Shown here piece by piece: positions 41,963 through 54,910 of a stretch of DNA of 64,000 nt. The position numbers and the translations under genes were made by a program. Source of the DNA: Octopus sinensis (taxonomy: Eukaryota). Under the pieces are notes generated by a model. It was not told where the DNA came from. It was given only the letters and a program-made list of their open reading frames with translations, and searched no databases. How positions within the stretch are numbered: position 1 is the stretch's first letter; each line of letters starts with the position of its first letter. The stretch lies in assembly GCF_006345805.1 (NCBI RefSeq), contig NC_042999.1:163804001-163868000 (forward strand), in the 5' to 3' direction.

Positions 41963-43175
41963 TGTTTGGGTCTAGTTTCTATTTTCCGCATCATGTTACT
42001 ATGGTCTTTCGTTCGTTTCTGCAGAATTATTCGATTTATATTGTTAATATAAAAACAACAAAAATAAAAGATAAATATATAAATCCTATGTGCGTGCGTA
42101 TGTATGTATGTATGCATGCATGTGTATACGTATATGTATATATGTGTGTGTATATGTAAATATATGTGTGTATAAGTATATATATATGTATATATATATA
42201 TATTGATAAAACGGTAAGATAACAAAAGAAAGAAAGAGACCTCAATATTATGTGAATAGAGGAAATTTATCTATATAATAATATGTTACTTTACTCGGTA
42301 GTCAAGATAAAACTCTGAGTTTCAGATGCCGAAGTGGAAATCCACAACACCATCTCTTCGGTTATCTGGCTATTTGAAAACGCTATGAAACAATACCGTT
42401 AAATAAAGGGAAATTACTGTGTTATAACTCTGCTTGCCTGCGTACTTATACATCGCTCGCATTTTTTCGTCATAAAAATTATATAAAAATACATAAAAAA
42501 TATAGAAAAATATATAAAAATATATAAAATCTTCTTGGGACAACATAGAAAGCATGTTCTATCTGTTTTCTTTAGGGGACCAAAAACGTAACAGAAATTT
42601 AGTCACATGTGGGCATGACCCGAAAAGTTCTGTCCTTGTATTTAGACATGTAGTAGGGTCTAAGCTGCTTTTCCAGATAAGCCATCTCTCCATGTCGCAT
42701 AGACCGCACCTTCCGCTGCCGTTGGTATAGGGCTTACATCTGGCCAAAATCTTCCATTGTATGTTATAATCGACACCTTATCTCTTAAAGACCAAATATG
42801 ATTAGATAATTGTGTCGCTTTCTTTTGTTCCAGTGCCTAAAGCTCAAAGTGTGGTTATTGAACCTGGCCTTGAAATTACCCTCTGTAAGGCCCACGTATT
42901 TCTTCGCCGAAACGGTATCTTTAGTGGTTATAGAGTTTACGGTAGCTTCATATATGATGGTCTTGGACATACAAGCTCCATTTAGCGGGCACAATTCTTT
43001 ATTCCTGCATGAACAGCTGTTTTCTTGTTGTGTTTTTTGTATGTTATGTTTGATTATGTTTTTAAAATTGGTAGTTGAACTAAAACTAATTTTTAAATTG
43101 TGTCTATTGAAGAGTTTCCTATAAGTATGGTTATCTGGAAAATGTCTATCTATCAGTTCATGCAGGAATAAAGAA

Positions 43176-43613
43176 TTGTGTCCGCTAAATGGAGCTTGCA
43201 TGTCCAAGACCATCATATATGAAGCTACCGTAAACTCTATAACCACTAAAGACACCGTTTTGACGAAGAAATACGTGGGCCTTACAGAGGGTAATTTCAA
43301 GGCCAGGTTCAATAACCACACTTTGAGCTTTAGGCACTGGAACAAAAGAAAAGCGACACAATTATCTAATCATATTTGGTCTTTAAGAGATAAAGGTGTC
43401 GATTATAACATACAATGGAAGATTTTGGCCAGATGTAAGCCCTATACCAACGGCAGCGGAAGGTGCGGTCTATGCGACATGGAGAGATGGCTTATCTGGA
43501 AAAGCAGCTTAGACCCTACTACATGTCTAAATACAAGGACAGAACTTTTCGGATCATGCCCACATGTGACTAAATTTCTGTTACGTTTTTGGTCCCCTAA
43601 AGAAAACAGATAG
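43176..43613 (+). pseudogene. PLE GIY-YIG endonuclease (Naiad-like motifs)
   Basis: IIYEAT...KYVGLTEGNFKARFNNH with C-terminal CGLC. Linker CSCRNKELC (CxCx5C) in the minus copy. Clade assignment is from recall of published motifs. Confidence 0.8.
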
Positions 43614-43796
43614 AACATGCTTTCTATGTTGTCCCAAGAAGATTTTATATATTTTTATATATTTTTCTATATTTTTTATGTATTTTTATATAATTTTTAT
43701 GACGAAAAATGCGAGCGATGTATAAGTACGCAGGCAAGCAGAGTTATAACACAGTAATTTCCCTTTATTTAACGGTATTGTTTCATAGCGTTTTCA

Positions 43797-43872
43797 AATA
43801 GCCAGATAACCGAAGAGATGGTGTTGTGGATTTCCACTTCGGCATCTGAAACTCAGAGTTTTATCTTGACTA
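43797..43872 (+). ncRNA. Variant hammerhead ribozyme fold (mirror copy at 42298-42373, minus)
   Basis: AGAUAA-CCGAAGA-GAUG...CAUC-U-GAAA-CUCAGAGU-U-UUAUCU. U4C, an off-register stem II base and a GUU triplet make activity doubtful. Confidence 0.55.
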
Positions 43873-43955
43873 CCGAGTAAAGTAACATATTATTATATAT
43901 ATATGTATATATATATGTATATATATATAATATATATATATATTATATATATATA

Positions 43956-44005
<50 letters not shown>

Positions 44006-44655
44006 GTATGTATGTACGTGTATATATATATATCTATGTATAAATATATGCACATAATACATATAAATATATATGTACAGACAGATATATATATATAGAG
44101 AGAGAGTGAGAGAGACGTATACACACACGCATACACACACACACACATACACACACACACACACACAAGCACTTATAACATAAATTATAAGTCTCGTCTT
44201 TACTCCCAGTTTTCAATGAACTGTCATTGCTTTTCATTCGTTCTGAAACTGTTATTAAATTATGAAATAATATAGCTCCTCACTCTCACAAAAGAGAGAT
44301 ACATTTGCATCATCATCACGCGCACGCGTACACACGCTCACAGACCTATACAACCTTCGACACACACAGTTACGCCTACTTATATATAAATCTATACCCA
44401 CGAATGCTTGCTTTTATGGATATTTGCTTACTTTTATGGATATTTGCTTACTTTCATTGGATCTAGTAGCGATTGTCTCTTTCATTCGTCGATCCTTTGA
44501 TGTTTCTAACATCTCAATCTTTGATATTCCGTTTCAGTCATTTAACCTGTAAAATATGGCAGCCAAATTTCCTGTAAATCGCACACCATCGCCTTAAATA
44601 AAGGTAAAATACATCCGTGATAAAGAGAAACGATCCTTGCTATACACGTAGACAC

Positions 44656-44876
44656 TACGAGGAGGTGCTGAAAAGGTTCTGATTTTGGGTAAAATAAAAT
44701 ACAAGAGTATCAGTTAATTATGACTTTATTCAACATATTCCCCTCTCAGATTCACGCACTTATTGCAGTGGCCCTTAAGTTTTTATAAACCCTGTTAAAG
44801 AACTCGGAAGGTTGGGCCTTCAGTCAGGCATTTTGCGACACCTTTAAAGCCAGGAACTTCTCAGCACCCGCTCGTA
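44656..44876. mobile_element. Mariner-type MITE
   Basis: TA-flanked TIRs tacgaggaggtgctgaaaagg / aacttctcagcacccgctcgta. Confidence 0.8.
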
Positions 44877-44952
44877 TGTATGTATGTATGTATGTATGTA
44901 TGTATGTATGTATGTATGTATGTATGTATGTATGTATGTATGTATGTATGTA

Positions 44953-44983
<31 letters not shown>

Positions 44984-45002
44984 GATTTTATTCTTTTATT
45001 CT

Positions 45003-45320
45003 TTTACTTGTTTCAGACCTCAGGACTTATTCTTTGTAAGTCTAGTATTTATTCTATCGGTCTTTTTTGCCGGACTGCTTAGTCGCAGGAACATAAACAT
45101 ACCAACATCGGTTGTCAAGCGATGGTAGGGGACAAACGGACACACACACACACATATACGACGGGCTTCTTTCAATTTCCGTTAACCAAATCCTCTAACA
45201 AGGATTTTCTCGGGCCGTGGCTATAGTAGAAGACACTTGCCGAAGGTGTCATGCAGTGGGAGTGAACTTGGAACCATGTGGTTCGAAAGCAAGCTTCTTA
45301 CCACATAGCCACGCTTGCAC
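45003..45320 (-). mobile_element. SINE family B copy with internal (TG)n
   Basis: Reverse-complement match to 9813-10292. Confidence 0.75.
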
Positions 45321-45341
45321 CTTTGTGTAATAATAATAATA

Positions 45342-45454
<113 letters not shown>

Positions 45455-46148
45455 GTAATAATGATGATAATAATAATAACAACAATAATGAATTCTAATT
45501 TTGCCACGATGGCAACAATTTTGGGGAAGGGATAAGTCGATCTCATTGACCCCAGTGTTTCACTGGTACTTAAATTATCGACCCCGAAAGGGTGAATGGC
45601 GAAGTTTATCTCAGCGGAACGTAAAGATGGACGAAATGCCGCTAAATATTTTTCCCGGCTTGCTAACGCTTCTGTCAGATCGCCACCTTAAAATAATAAT
45701 ACTAATAACAATAATGTTATACCTGGAACCTCGATACTACACACTGTCCCAAAAATAGCCCTGCTAAGGACAGCCCACATCCTACACAAGATAGTATCAA
45801 TCCAATAATACAACCTAAACAAAACAACCCACAAATACAAGACACACTCTATACAGCATTTATCCAGTGAAATAAATTCCCACCAGCAAGCTAGAAAACC
45901 AAAGCATTACGCACTCAACAGACAATACAAGCAGTAACACAACAAAAGACAGCACCATACCTCACGGAGAAAAAAAAAACAAGCTAACAAAATACACTAC
46001 CGGGAGGAGTTCGCGCACTCCCAACAGCAGAAAAGAACACCCAATGCTGTACACACTCCAGCAACACGAAGGTGTAACAGGTGAAGCAGTAGAAATTATA
46101 TAACTGTTCAATCTACCAAATATTGAAAAGGGTAAAATAGAGCAAAGT

Positions 46149-46199
<51 letters not shown>

Positions 46200-46212
46200 T
46201 AATAAAGTAATA

Positions 46213-46260
<48 letters not shown>

Positions 46261-46648
46261 GTGATAATGATGGTGATGATGATGATGATGATCCTTTCTA
46301 CTATAGGCACAAGAGCTGAAATTTGGTGGGAGATGGCCAGTCGATTAGATCGACCCCAGTACGCAATTGGTACTCAATTTATCGACCCCGAAAGCACAAG
46401 GTCTGAAATTTTGGGGAAGGGAACCAGTCGATTACATGGTACTTAATTTATCGACCCCGAAAGGATGAAAGGAAAAGTCGACCTCGACAGAATTTGAACT
46501 CAGAACGTAAAGACGGACGAAATGCCGTTAAACATTTCGCCCGGCATGCTAACGCTTTTTTAAGCTCGCCACCTTAAAATAATATCAATAATAATAATAA
46601 CAATAATGATAATAATAATATATACACACACATGTATATTATTATACA

Positions 46649-46694
<46 letters not shown>

Positions 46695-47253
46695 GAGTGA
46701 GAGAGCAGTTCATGCCATCAAAGTGACACTGGGGTAAAATATACGAAACCCAATATACCCATCATGACTACCCGTCTGATAAAGGTACACCAGGCACATG
46801 CATCACAACCATATGTGCGCGACATGGTGATCTCATATCAAGATAAACAGCACATGATCTTGCAGGTGGGGGCCCAGTTAGAATTTTCTTCTGGTTGAGT
46901 AGCCCATCCCGCTCAAACGGTCCCTGAATAAGGGTTGTTTAAGGATGTTGAAAGAACCACCCATGTTTCCAGAGGTGAACTATTCAAACCCCAAAGAGTC
47001 CCTCTCAACACATGGCTATGATGCTCCCCCACTACTTCTGCTCTTGATCAGAGATGCACATATCGTCAGCCACTAAGGGACATGCTCAACTGGTTAAGGT
47101 CAAACAACTGACAAGCAAATCTGTGGTATTGAGCAGAATATTTGCTGTAGCCCATCTTTTATACCAAGACAAAACAATGTACATGATAACACTTCCAATC
47201 AGTTAAGATCAGAAGCCATGAGAGCCACTGCCTGGTACTGCATCAGGGCATTT
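46695..47253. mobile_element. ~560-bp non-coding dispersed element, copy B, flanked by (TTA)n on both sides
   Basis: Colinear with 37522-38038. Confidence 0.8.
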
Positions 47254-47758
47254 ATTATTATTATTATTATTATTATTGTTATTATTATTACTACATATAA
47301 AGCGGCGAGGTCGTCTTTACCTTTCATCCTTTCGGGGTCCATGGAGCACTGGCGTCGATTTATATATTCTTCAAGCGATTCACAGTCACTGATCTCGTAT
47401 CGAGAGATCAGCGACTGTATGTCGCTTAAAGAATATATAGTGTTTGCGAGTGGAGATAGCTTCCGTCACTAGCTGGTGGTTATCTCACACTGAGGACGGA
47501 TAACATTCAGAAACCTAGTTCAATGAGTATCTCGTAAGGCTAGAGATGGGAGCGGTGATCTCCCTTGCAAATTCTATATACGGACACAAACTGTGTGTCG
47601 ATAGCTAGCATGAAAGGATGTTTTCCTGAGGCTTAAACAACAGCAGCATCGTCCTTTAAAGGACTGCTACGTTATGTTGGCATTTAAACATTACTATTCG
47701 GTACTGTTACTGTACATCTCTCGGTCAGAGATTTAAAACACACACACACACACACACA

Positions 47759-47944
47759 TACGTGGGCGGGCTAAAAGGTTCCTGGCTTTGGGCGAAGGAA
47801 AATACAGGAAGATCAGTTAACTACGATTTTATTCAAATACATATTGCAGTGGTCCTTCAGTTTTTCTAAGTTCTATAAAAAGAACTCGTAAGGTTGGGCC
47901 TCCAACCAGATCTTTCGCGCTACACTTTTCATCAATCCCTCGTA
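47759..47944. mobile_element. Mariner-type MITE, second copy
   Basis: TA-flanked degenerate TIRs; interior colinear with 44656-44876. Confidence 0.7.
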
Positions 47945-49230
47945 GGATAGGCACTGTCGGGACGCAATGGTCTGCCAGAGAAAGGCTGACCTGGGATTAA
48001 ACAACAGCAGCAATAACCAACGTATACAAGGTAATTGGACAGATTGCTACAAGGCATTGCATAGAATAATCTAGTTTATGGTAGAGTTTATGGCTGAGCA
48101 GCATAATAGCATATCTGGAATTATGGATACGTGAATAGAATCTGGTGAAACGTATGCTCGATCGGGGCAACACAGCAACAGCCATAGCAACTACAGAAAC
48201 CACAATAACCGTAATGGCAACAGCAAGAATCACAACAGCTTTAGTCATTCATGAAAATCACCACCACCACCACCACCACTACCAGGACTACCTTCAGTAT
48301 CACGATCAGCACCTGTATCGTTATCATCGGCAGCAAAACCGTCATCAACAGTAGTAGCAACATCACTATGACTATTGCCCCACCCAGAAACAGCAGCACC
48401 ACCAACACGACCACCATCAGAACAATCACTCCCACCTACTCCACCACTTACTCCACCACCTGCACCACCACTTACTCCACCACGACCACGACCACGATCA
48501 CCACGACCACCACCACCACGACCACCACCACCGCGACGACGACGACGACGACGACGACGACCACCACCACCACCACCACCACCTCCTCCAACACTTTCAC
48601 CACCAACAGTAATCACATCAGTACAATGGTTTCAATGTAGACGGAGATGACCCGAAGGACGACATAGAATGTGGTTTTGCTCTTTCCATAAATAAATTTC
48701 TCTGTTCTACAGAATGCAGTAAATCGTTGCTGTTAGAACGAGATCTGTTATCGCCAGTGGAATCACAGTGCTACTCTGTCCACATAATTTTATAGTGTTG
48801 CCTATGCAGTCATAAGACAGACAAAAGTAATTGTTATATCAAAATCGTCTCAGTGCTAATACTGTGCATCATATTTCAAACTATGAGGTTGCTGTTATTG
48901 TTGCTGTAGTTGTTTGTTATCTAACCTTTTAGTCACCCTAATCGAACAGAACTCTGATCAAATGTGTTCCATGTGTAATTAATTTTTTGGGACATAGTGT
49001 AAATGGTGTGGTTTGAAGGAGTATTGCTTGATATTCCTAGAAGGTCGAAAGACTACAAAGTAATTCTTTGTCGGGCATCTTGTGCGTATGTATGTGTGTC
49101 TGTGTGTGTTTTCGTGTGCTTGGACTCACGTACGTTCGTGTGTGTGTGTACGTGCGTGTACGTGTATGTGCAGCGTGTGTGTATATATATTATATATATA
49201 CATATACAAATTTAAACATATAAACGTGCA

Positions 49231-49269
<39 letters not shown>

Positions 49270-49663
49270 GTGTGTGTGTATATATATAATTAGGTTTCAG
49301 TTGAATTAGGTACCTAAGTTGAAGCGCCACGTCAGTCCGTTATTATCTGCACAGTTTGATGTAAGGTGAATAAAATCAAAATAAGCAACAGGATATAAAG
49401 TAGTAATGCAGTACGACCGTTTCAAGCTGCGCCATTTAGTTGAACAATGCAATTATAACACTATCTTCAGCTACACAGAATATAGAAATGTTTAACAAGC
49501 AGGACACATTAATGTCTTACTTGTTAACAAATTCTATATTCTGTGCAGCTGAAGATAGCACTGCATTTAAATTGGTGTAATGATTGCATTGTTTAATTAA
49601 AAGGAGTCGTTTGAAACGGTCGTACTGCGCACCACTACTTGATATCCTGTTACTTATTTTGAT

Positions 49664-49709
<46 letters not shown>

Positions 49710-49779
49710 TATATATACCAAGTAAGCACAAGGTGGGGAAAACAGTACTCGAATACCGGAGGTAGAGTAATATGATTTG

Positions 49780-49929
49780 TTATTATTAAACCCACAAAGA
49801 CATCACAAAAATATCACAGTTCACATTCCCGTTCTCAATGTAAACTTCCGACGAACAGGAATATGAAAATCTGAGTAGCATTTTTTTTGTGATATTTTTG
49901 TCATGTTTTTGCAGCTTTAATAATAATAA
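49780..49929. repeat. Inverted repeat carrying a decayed hammerhead motif (pLTR-like)
   Basis: ttattattaaa...acaaaaatatcaca / tgtgatatttttgt...tttaataataa; ccgacgaacaggaatatgaaaatctgagta at 49848-49878. Confidence 0.55.
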
Positions 49930-49930
49930 A

Positions 49931-50005
<75 letters not shown>

Positions 50006-50009
50006 GTGT

Positions 50010-50046
<37 letters not shown>

Positions 50047-50188
50047 GTGTGACTATGAGACTTCCTCTCTTTTTATAAATGTCCTCGAAATTTCAAACTG
50101 ACATGGCTTTGTTTTTTTATTTTATTTAACACACACACACAGAGGCACACATACATACGTATGTCGATATATATACAAACATATATAT

Positions 50189-50261
<73 letters not shown>

Positions 50262-50264
50262 TAT

Positions 50265-51898
50265 ATATGTATGTTTACATATATGTATGTATGTATACAT
50301 AAAAATGAGTACATTATAGTCGCATGTAGCTGAATTTTGACGCTATAATGTACCTCAAAGCAAATGTAAAATTTTAGTTGACACTGTAATTGATTAAACT
50401 AATTTAGATGTACAAGAGAATTGTTAAGAACTGTGATTTGTACAATTACTCTGTGACGAGTAAAAAGAAAAAGGAACGAAAAAGTAAAAAAGGTTAGGTT
50501 TTATGCTATTTTTGTGGGTGCGGAATCTTGCTGGAACCAAGTCTGTAACTGCTCAGGGCTACATTATCGTCACAACCATTAAGACGAACAGCCTCACCAA
50601 ATCGGACGATCCAATTTGCATAAATATTACATTGTAAACCGTTCTTTCGATTAATGAATTATTGACGCGTTAAATAATGTTTTAGTGCTATAATGTATTT
50701 TAGAGTAAATTAAAACTTTTAGATGAGGCTGCGTGCGCAACTGAACTAAAATAAATACGACCAATATTTGTAAAACGTTGATGATTTTTTTTTATACAAC
50801 CAGAAAAAAGAGCGATTAGTCTAAAAGATTTCAATAATTTTGTCAATGTCTTCCATTCTTTGCATTATTTGTATTTATTGGTATTAGTTTTTCCTTTATA
50901 GAAATATGGCATTTTTATCATGCCAAAATATCATCACATGCTGTGGACAGTTTATATGAGGTTATATTTTCGCTCTCTTGGTTATTTAGCGGTATATTTA
51001 ATTCCTCTGTTTCATTTACAAATTTATCGCTCGACCAGCGATAAGAGTAGATCGACAAAGTACGAAATGAAAACAAACCGTTAACATAAGAAATATAATT
51101 TAAGTAAAAGAGGGAAAAGGAGGAAGAAAGACGAGGAGTAATATAAAGATGGACTGCTTCTACATTATAAATACCGTTGGAGACAGAGAGAGTGAGATAG
51201 AAGTAGAGACATTACAGCAACACAAAGCAATATTTAAACAGAGTGAGAGTGAGAAAGAGAGAGAAAGAGAGAGAGAGAGGGAGAGAAAGAGAGAAGTAAG
51301 ATAAGATTTCTTCATCAGTTGCAGAACTCCAGATAAAAAAGGGTGCCAGTCAACTTGAGATGTTGTTTTTGAAAGGGTGCCTGTTTAGGTGTATCATACC
51401 ACGAAAGCCTCTTTGGTTGGGCAACATTGTAACACTTCTATTCATCTTAATACTTTTCACTCTCTCTTTTATTTATAGCTCTATCGTCTGATCGGTGTTC
51501 TTTACAATGGTTATGGCATTTAGGGCCGAAGCATCAGCAAATGCTGCAAACAATTTATATCGTTATATGTGCTAGGAGGCCACCTTTTTATCGTCCTTTT
51601 GACTACTTGACTATTGAGAGATACTTTTTGAATTGGTCCATGTACACATTAATATATATGTATGTGTGTGTGTATGTGTGTGTGTGTGAATGTATATGTA
51701 TATGTATGTACGTATAAGTACACATATATATTTTTTATCTTTTGCTTTGAACAAATCGACTCAATCTTTTTCTAAGCTTGGTACTTATTATATCGGTTAT
51801 TTTGCCGAACCGCAAAATTACGACGGTGTAAACAAACAGATTGTCAAGCGATGGTGAGACACAACGCAAGCACAAAGATACACGCATGTAGACACATA

Positions 51899-51948
<50 letters not shown>

Positions 51949-53576
51949 GTTTACATATATGTATGTATGTATACATAAAAATGAGTACATTATAGTCGCA
52001 TGTAGCTGAATTTTGACGCTATAATGTACCTCAAAGCAAATGTAAAATTTTAGTTGACACTGTGTAATTGATTAAACTAATTTAGATGTGCAAGAGAATT
52101 GTTAAGAACTGTGATTTGTACAATTACTCTGTGACGAGTAAAAAGAAAAAGGAACGAAAAAGTAAAAAAGGTTAGGTTTTATGCTATTTTTGTGGGTGCG
52201 GAATCTTTGCTGGAACCAAGTCTGTAACTGCTCAGGGCTACATTATCGTCACAACCATTAAGACGAACAGCCTCACCAAATCGGACGATCCAATTTGCAT
52301 AAATATTACATTGTAAACCGTTCTTTCGATTAATGAATTATTGACGCGTTAAATAATGTTTTAGTGCTATAATGTATTTTAGAGTAAATTAAAACTTTTA
52401 GATGAGGCTGCGTGCGCAACTGAACTAAAATAAATACGACCAATATTTGTAAAACGTTGATGATTTTTTTTTATACAACCAGAAAAAAGAGCGATTAGTC
52501 TAAAAGATTTCAATAATTTTGTCATGTCTTCCATTCTTTGCATTATTTGTATTTATTGGTATTAGTTTTTCCTTTATAGAAATATGGCATTTTTATCATG
52601 CCAAAATATCATCACATGCTGTGGACAGTTTATATGAGGTTATATTTTCGCTCTCTTGGTTATTTAGCGGTATATTTAATTCCTCTGTTTCATTTACAAA
52701 TTTATCGCTCGACCAGCGATAAGAGTAGATCGACAAAGTACGAAATGAAAACAAACCGTTACATAAGAAATATAATTTAAGTAAAAGAGGGAAAAGGAGG
52801 AAGAAAGACGAGGAGTAATATAAAGATGGACTGCTTCTACATTATAAATACCGTTGGAGACAGAGAGAGTGAGATAGAAGTAGAGACATTACAGCAACAC
52901 AAAGCAATATTTAAACAGAGTGAGAGTGAGAAAGAGAGAGAAAGAGAGAGAGAGAGGGAGAGAAGAGAGAAGTAAGATAAGATTTCTTCATCAGTTGCAG
53001 AACTCCAGATAAAAAAGGGTGCCAGTCAACTTGAGATGTTGTTTTTGAAAGGGTGCCTGTTTAGGTGTATCATACCACGAAAGCCTCTTTGGTTGGGCAA
53101 CATTGTAACACTTCTATTCATCTTAATACTTTTCACTCTCTCTTTTATTTATAGCTCTATCGTCTGATCGGTGTTCTTTACAATGGTTATGGCATTTAGG
53201 GCCGAAGCATCAGCAATGCTGCAAACAATTTATATCGTTATATGTGCTAGGAGGCCACCTTTTTATCGTCCTTTTGACTACTTGACTATTGAGAGATACT
53301 TTTTGAATTGGTCCATGTACACATTAATATATATGTATGTGTGTGTGTATGTGTGTGTGTGTGAATGTATATGTATATGTATGTACGTATAAGTACACAT
53401 ATATATTTTTTATCTTTTGCTTTGAACAAATCGATTCAATCTTTTTCTAAGCTTGGTACTTATTATATCGGTTATTTTGCCGAACCGCAAAATTACGACG
53501 GTGTAAACAAACAGATTGTCAAGCGATGGTGAGACACAACGCAAGCACAAAGATACACGCATGTAGACACATACAC

Positions 53577-53580
<4 letters not shown>
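50265..53580. repeat. ~1676-bp direct tandem duplication bounded by (TA)n
   Basis: aaaaatgagtac at 50301 and 51977. Copies differ by about six 1-2-nt indels and two substitutions. Confidence 0.95.
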
Positions 53581-53644
<64 letters not shown>

Positions 53645-53645
53645 G

Positions 53646-53928
53646 AAAATTGAACAAGGAGACGAACTCTCGAAATGTTCTTAAATCATTTATATCTTGA
53701 ATTCGTCTACATATGTTTCGACGGATGCACTCCAAAATGTCCGACAGGATAAATTATGGTCAGCAATGCATCAGTCTCATGCCTGTTTCATGAGTTTATT
53801 ATTTATATCCTTCCTGATGAGATTGAAGCATTGCTGACCATAATTTATCCTGTCGAAACATATGTAGAAGAATTCAAGATATAAATGGTTTAACAACATC
53901 CCGAGAATTCGTCTCCTTGTTCAATTTT
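53646..53928. repeat. Imperfect inverted repeat (pLTR-like) containing a hammerhead
   Basis: aaaattgaacaaggagacgaa...ttcgtctccttgttcaatttt, with internal arms also matching. Confidence 0.9.
53801..53886 (+). ncRNA. Type I hammerhead ribozyme candidate
   Basis: AUUUAUAUC-c-CUUC / CUGAUGA-GAU...GUC-GAAA-CAUAUGU-A-GAAG-aauucaa-GAUAUAAAU. Canonical core, palindromic stem III, weak stem II. Confidence 0.7.
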
Positions 53929-54826
53929 TCTATTTTCTACCGAATACGACTTACTATCCTGGATTTAAATCCTGGGACACTTAAGCAACATTTAGCTACC
54001 TTGTATTTATTCTCCTGGATTTTTCCTTTAAATTGTAAAATCTTTCATTTTCCAGCTACCAAACCAACTCACAAGGCTTTGGTCGGCCAAGGTTATAGTT
54101 AAAAACACTTTTTCAAGATTCCACGCAATGAGATTGAGCAAACAAACATGTGATTGGGAAGTTCTAGTTGCAGAGCAACATATAAAAGAAGAAAAACAAC
54201 AAAAATCAACAACAAATGTTCAGAGACGTTCGTAGTAAATATTAATTTGACGCTCAAGGAAGAAAGCAAAGAGTAAAGATATTACGTTTTCGGATGTATA
54301 GTCCTTCAGATACTAGAGAAAAAGTTGAGGAGAAACTAGTTAAAGGAGAAGAGAAGAAAGGAGATAAAGAAAAGAGAGAACCAGAAAAGAACGCATGTAC
54401 GATTGATATATGTATACTGATATATATTATTCCTTTTTTTTCAAATATGAAAAGAGTGAGAAGAGCACACATCTTATTGCAAATATAATCCTTTTATTAT
54501 CCTTTTTTTATTATCATCGTAGTAGCCGTGTATGATATCATTTCATCCTGTTTTGGAATCTTCAGCACGGCATAACTTGAGATTTTCAAATCTAAGGTTA
54601 TTTGTAAATATATATTATTCATTTTAGGAACTGAATCTTGAAGCAAATAAAACTAAAATAATTTTTCGAAGAGGTTTTTAACTTCTTTGGATTGACAAAA
54701 TCGAGGATTGTCCGTGGGACAGCAAACCCCACAACTCTTGTACACATGACAAGTGCTCTACCATGGGACCAAACCAATTCTTCGAATTTGGCTATACATT
54801 TTAAAACCTTCATTTTTACCAGCGTG

Positions 54827-54910
<84 letters not shown>

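Larger units (their letters stand above)
42273..43897. mobile_element. Penelope-like element 3' ends in divergent inverted arrangement (742-bp arms, 141-bp spacer)
   Basis: Arms 42273-43014 and 43156-43897 are near-identical and encode the GIY-YIG domain plus pLTR. The spacer encodes thumb LIDRHFPDNHTYRKLFNRHNLKISFS. Confidence 0.95.

Noticed and set aside
42785-43345. 186-aa minus ORF as a novel protein
   Set aside because: Its N-terminal part is the antisense of the right palindrome arm; only the portion from LIDRHF on is real PLE coding.
43015-43613. Selenocysteine-encoding Naiad-type PLE
   Set aside because: All Cys positions in the visible linker and C-terminal motifs are normal Cys codons; no in-frame TGA is present.
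48251-48640. Thr-rich mucin-like or Pro/Arg-rich ORFs
   Set aside because: Compound (ACC)n/(ACG)n decay, open in several frames, with no splice or domain support.
50307-50360. Hairpin tacattatag...ctataatgta as a miRNA precursor or Helitron end
   Set aside because: The stem is short and AT-rich, with no supporting terminal motifs.
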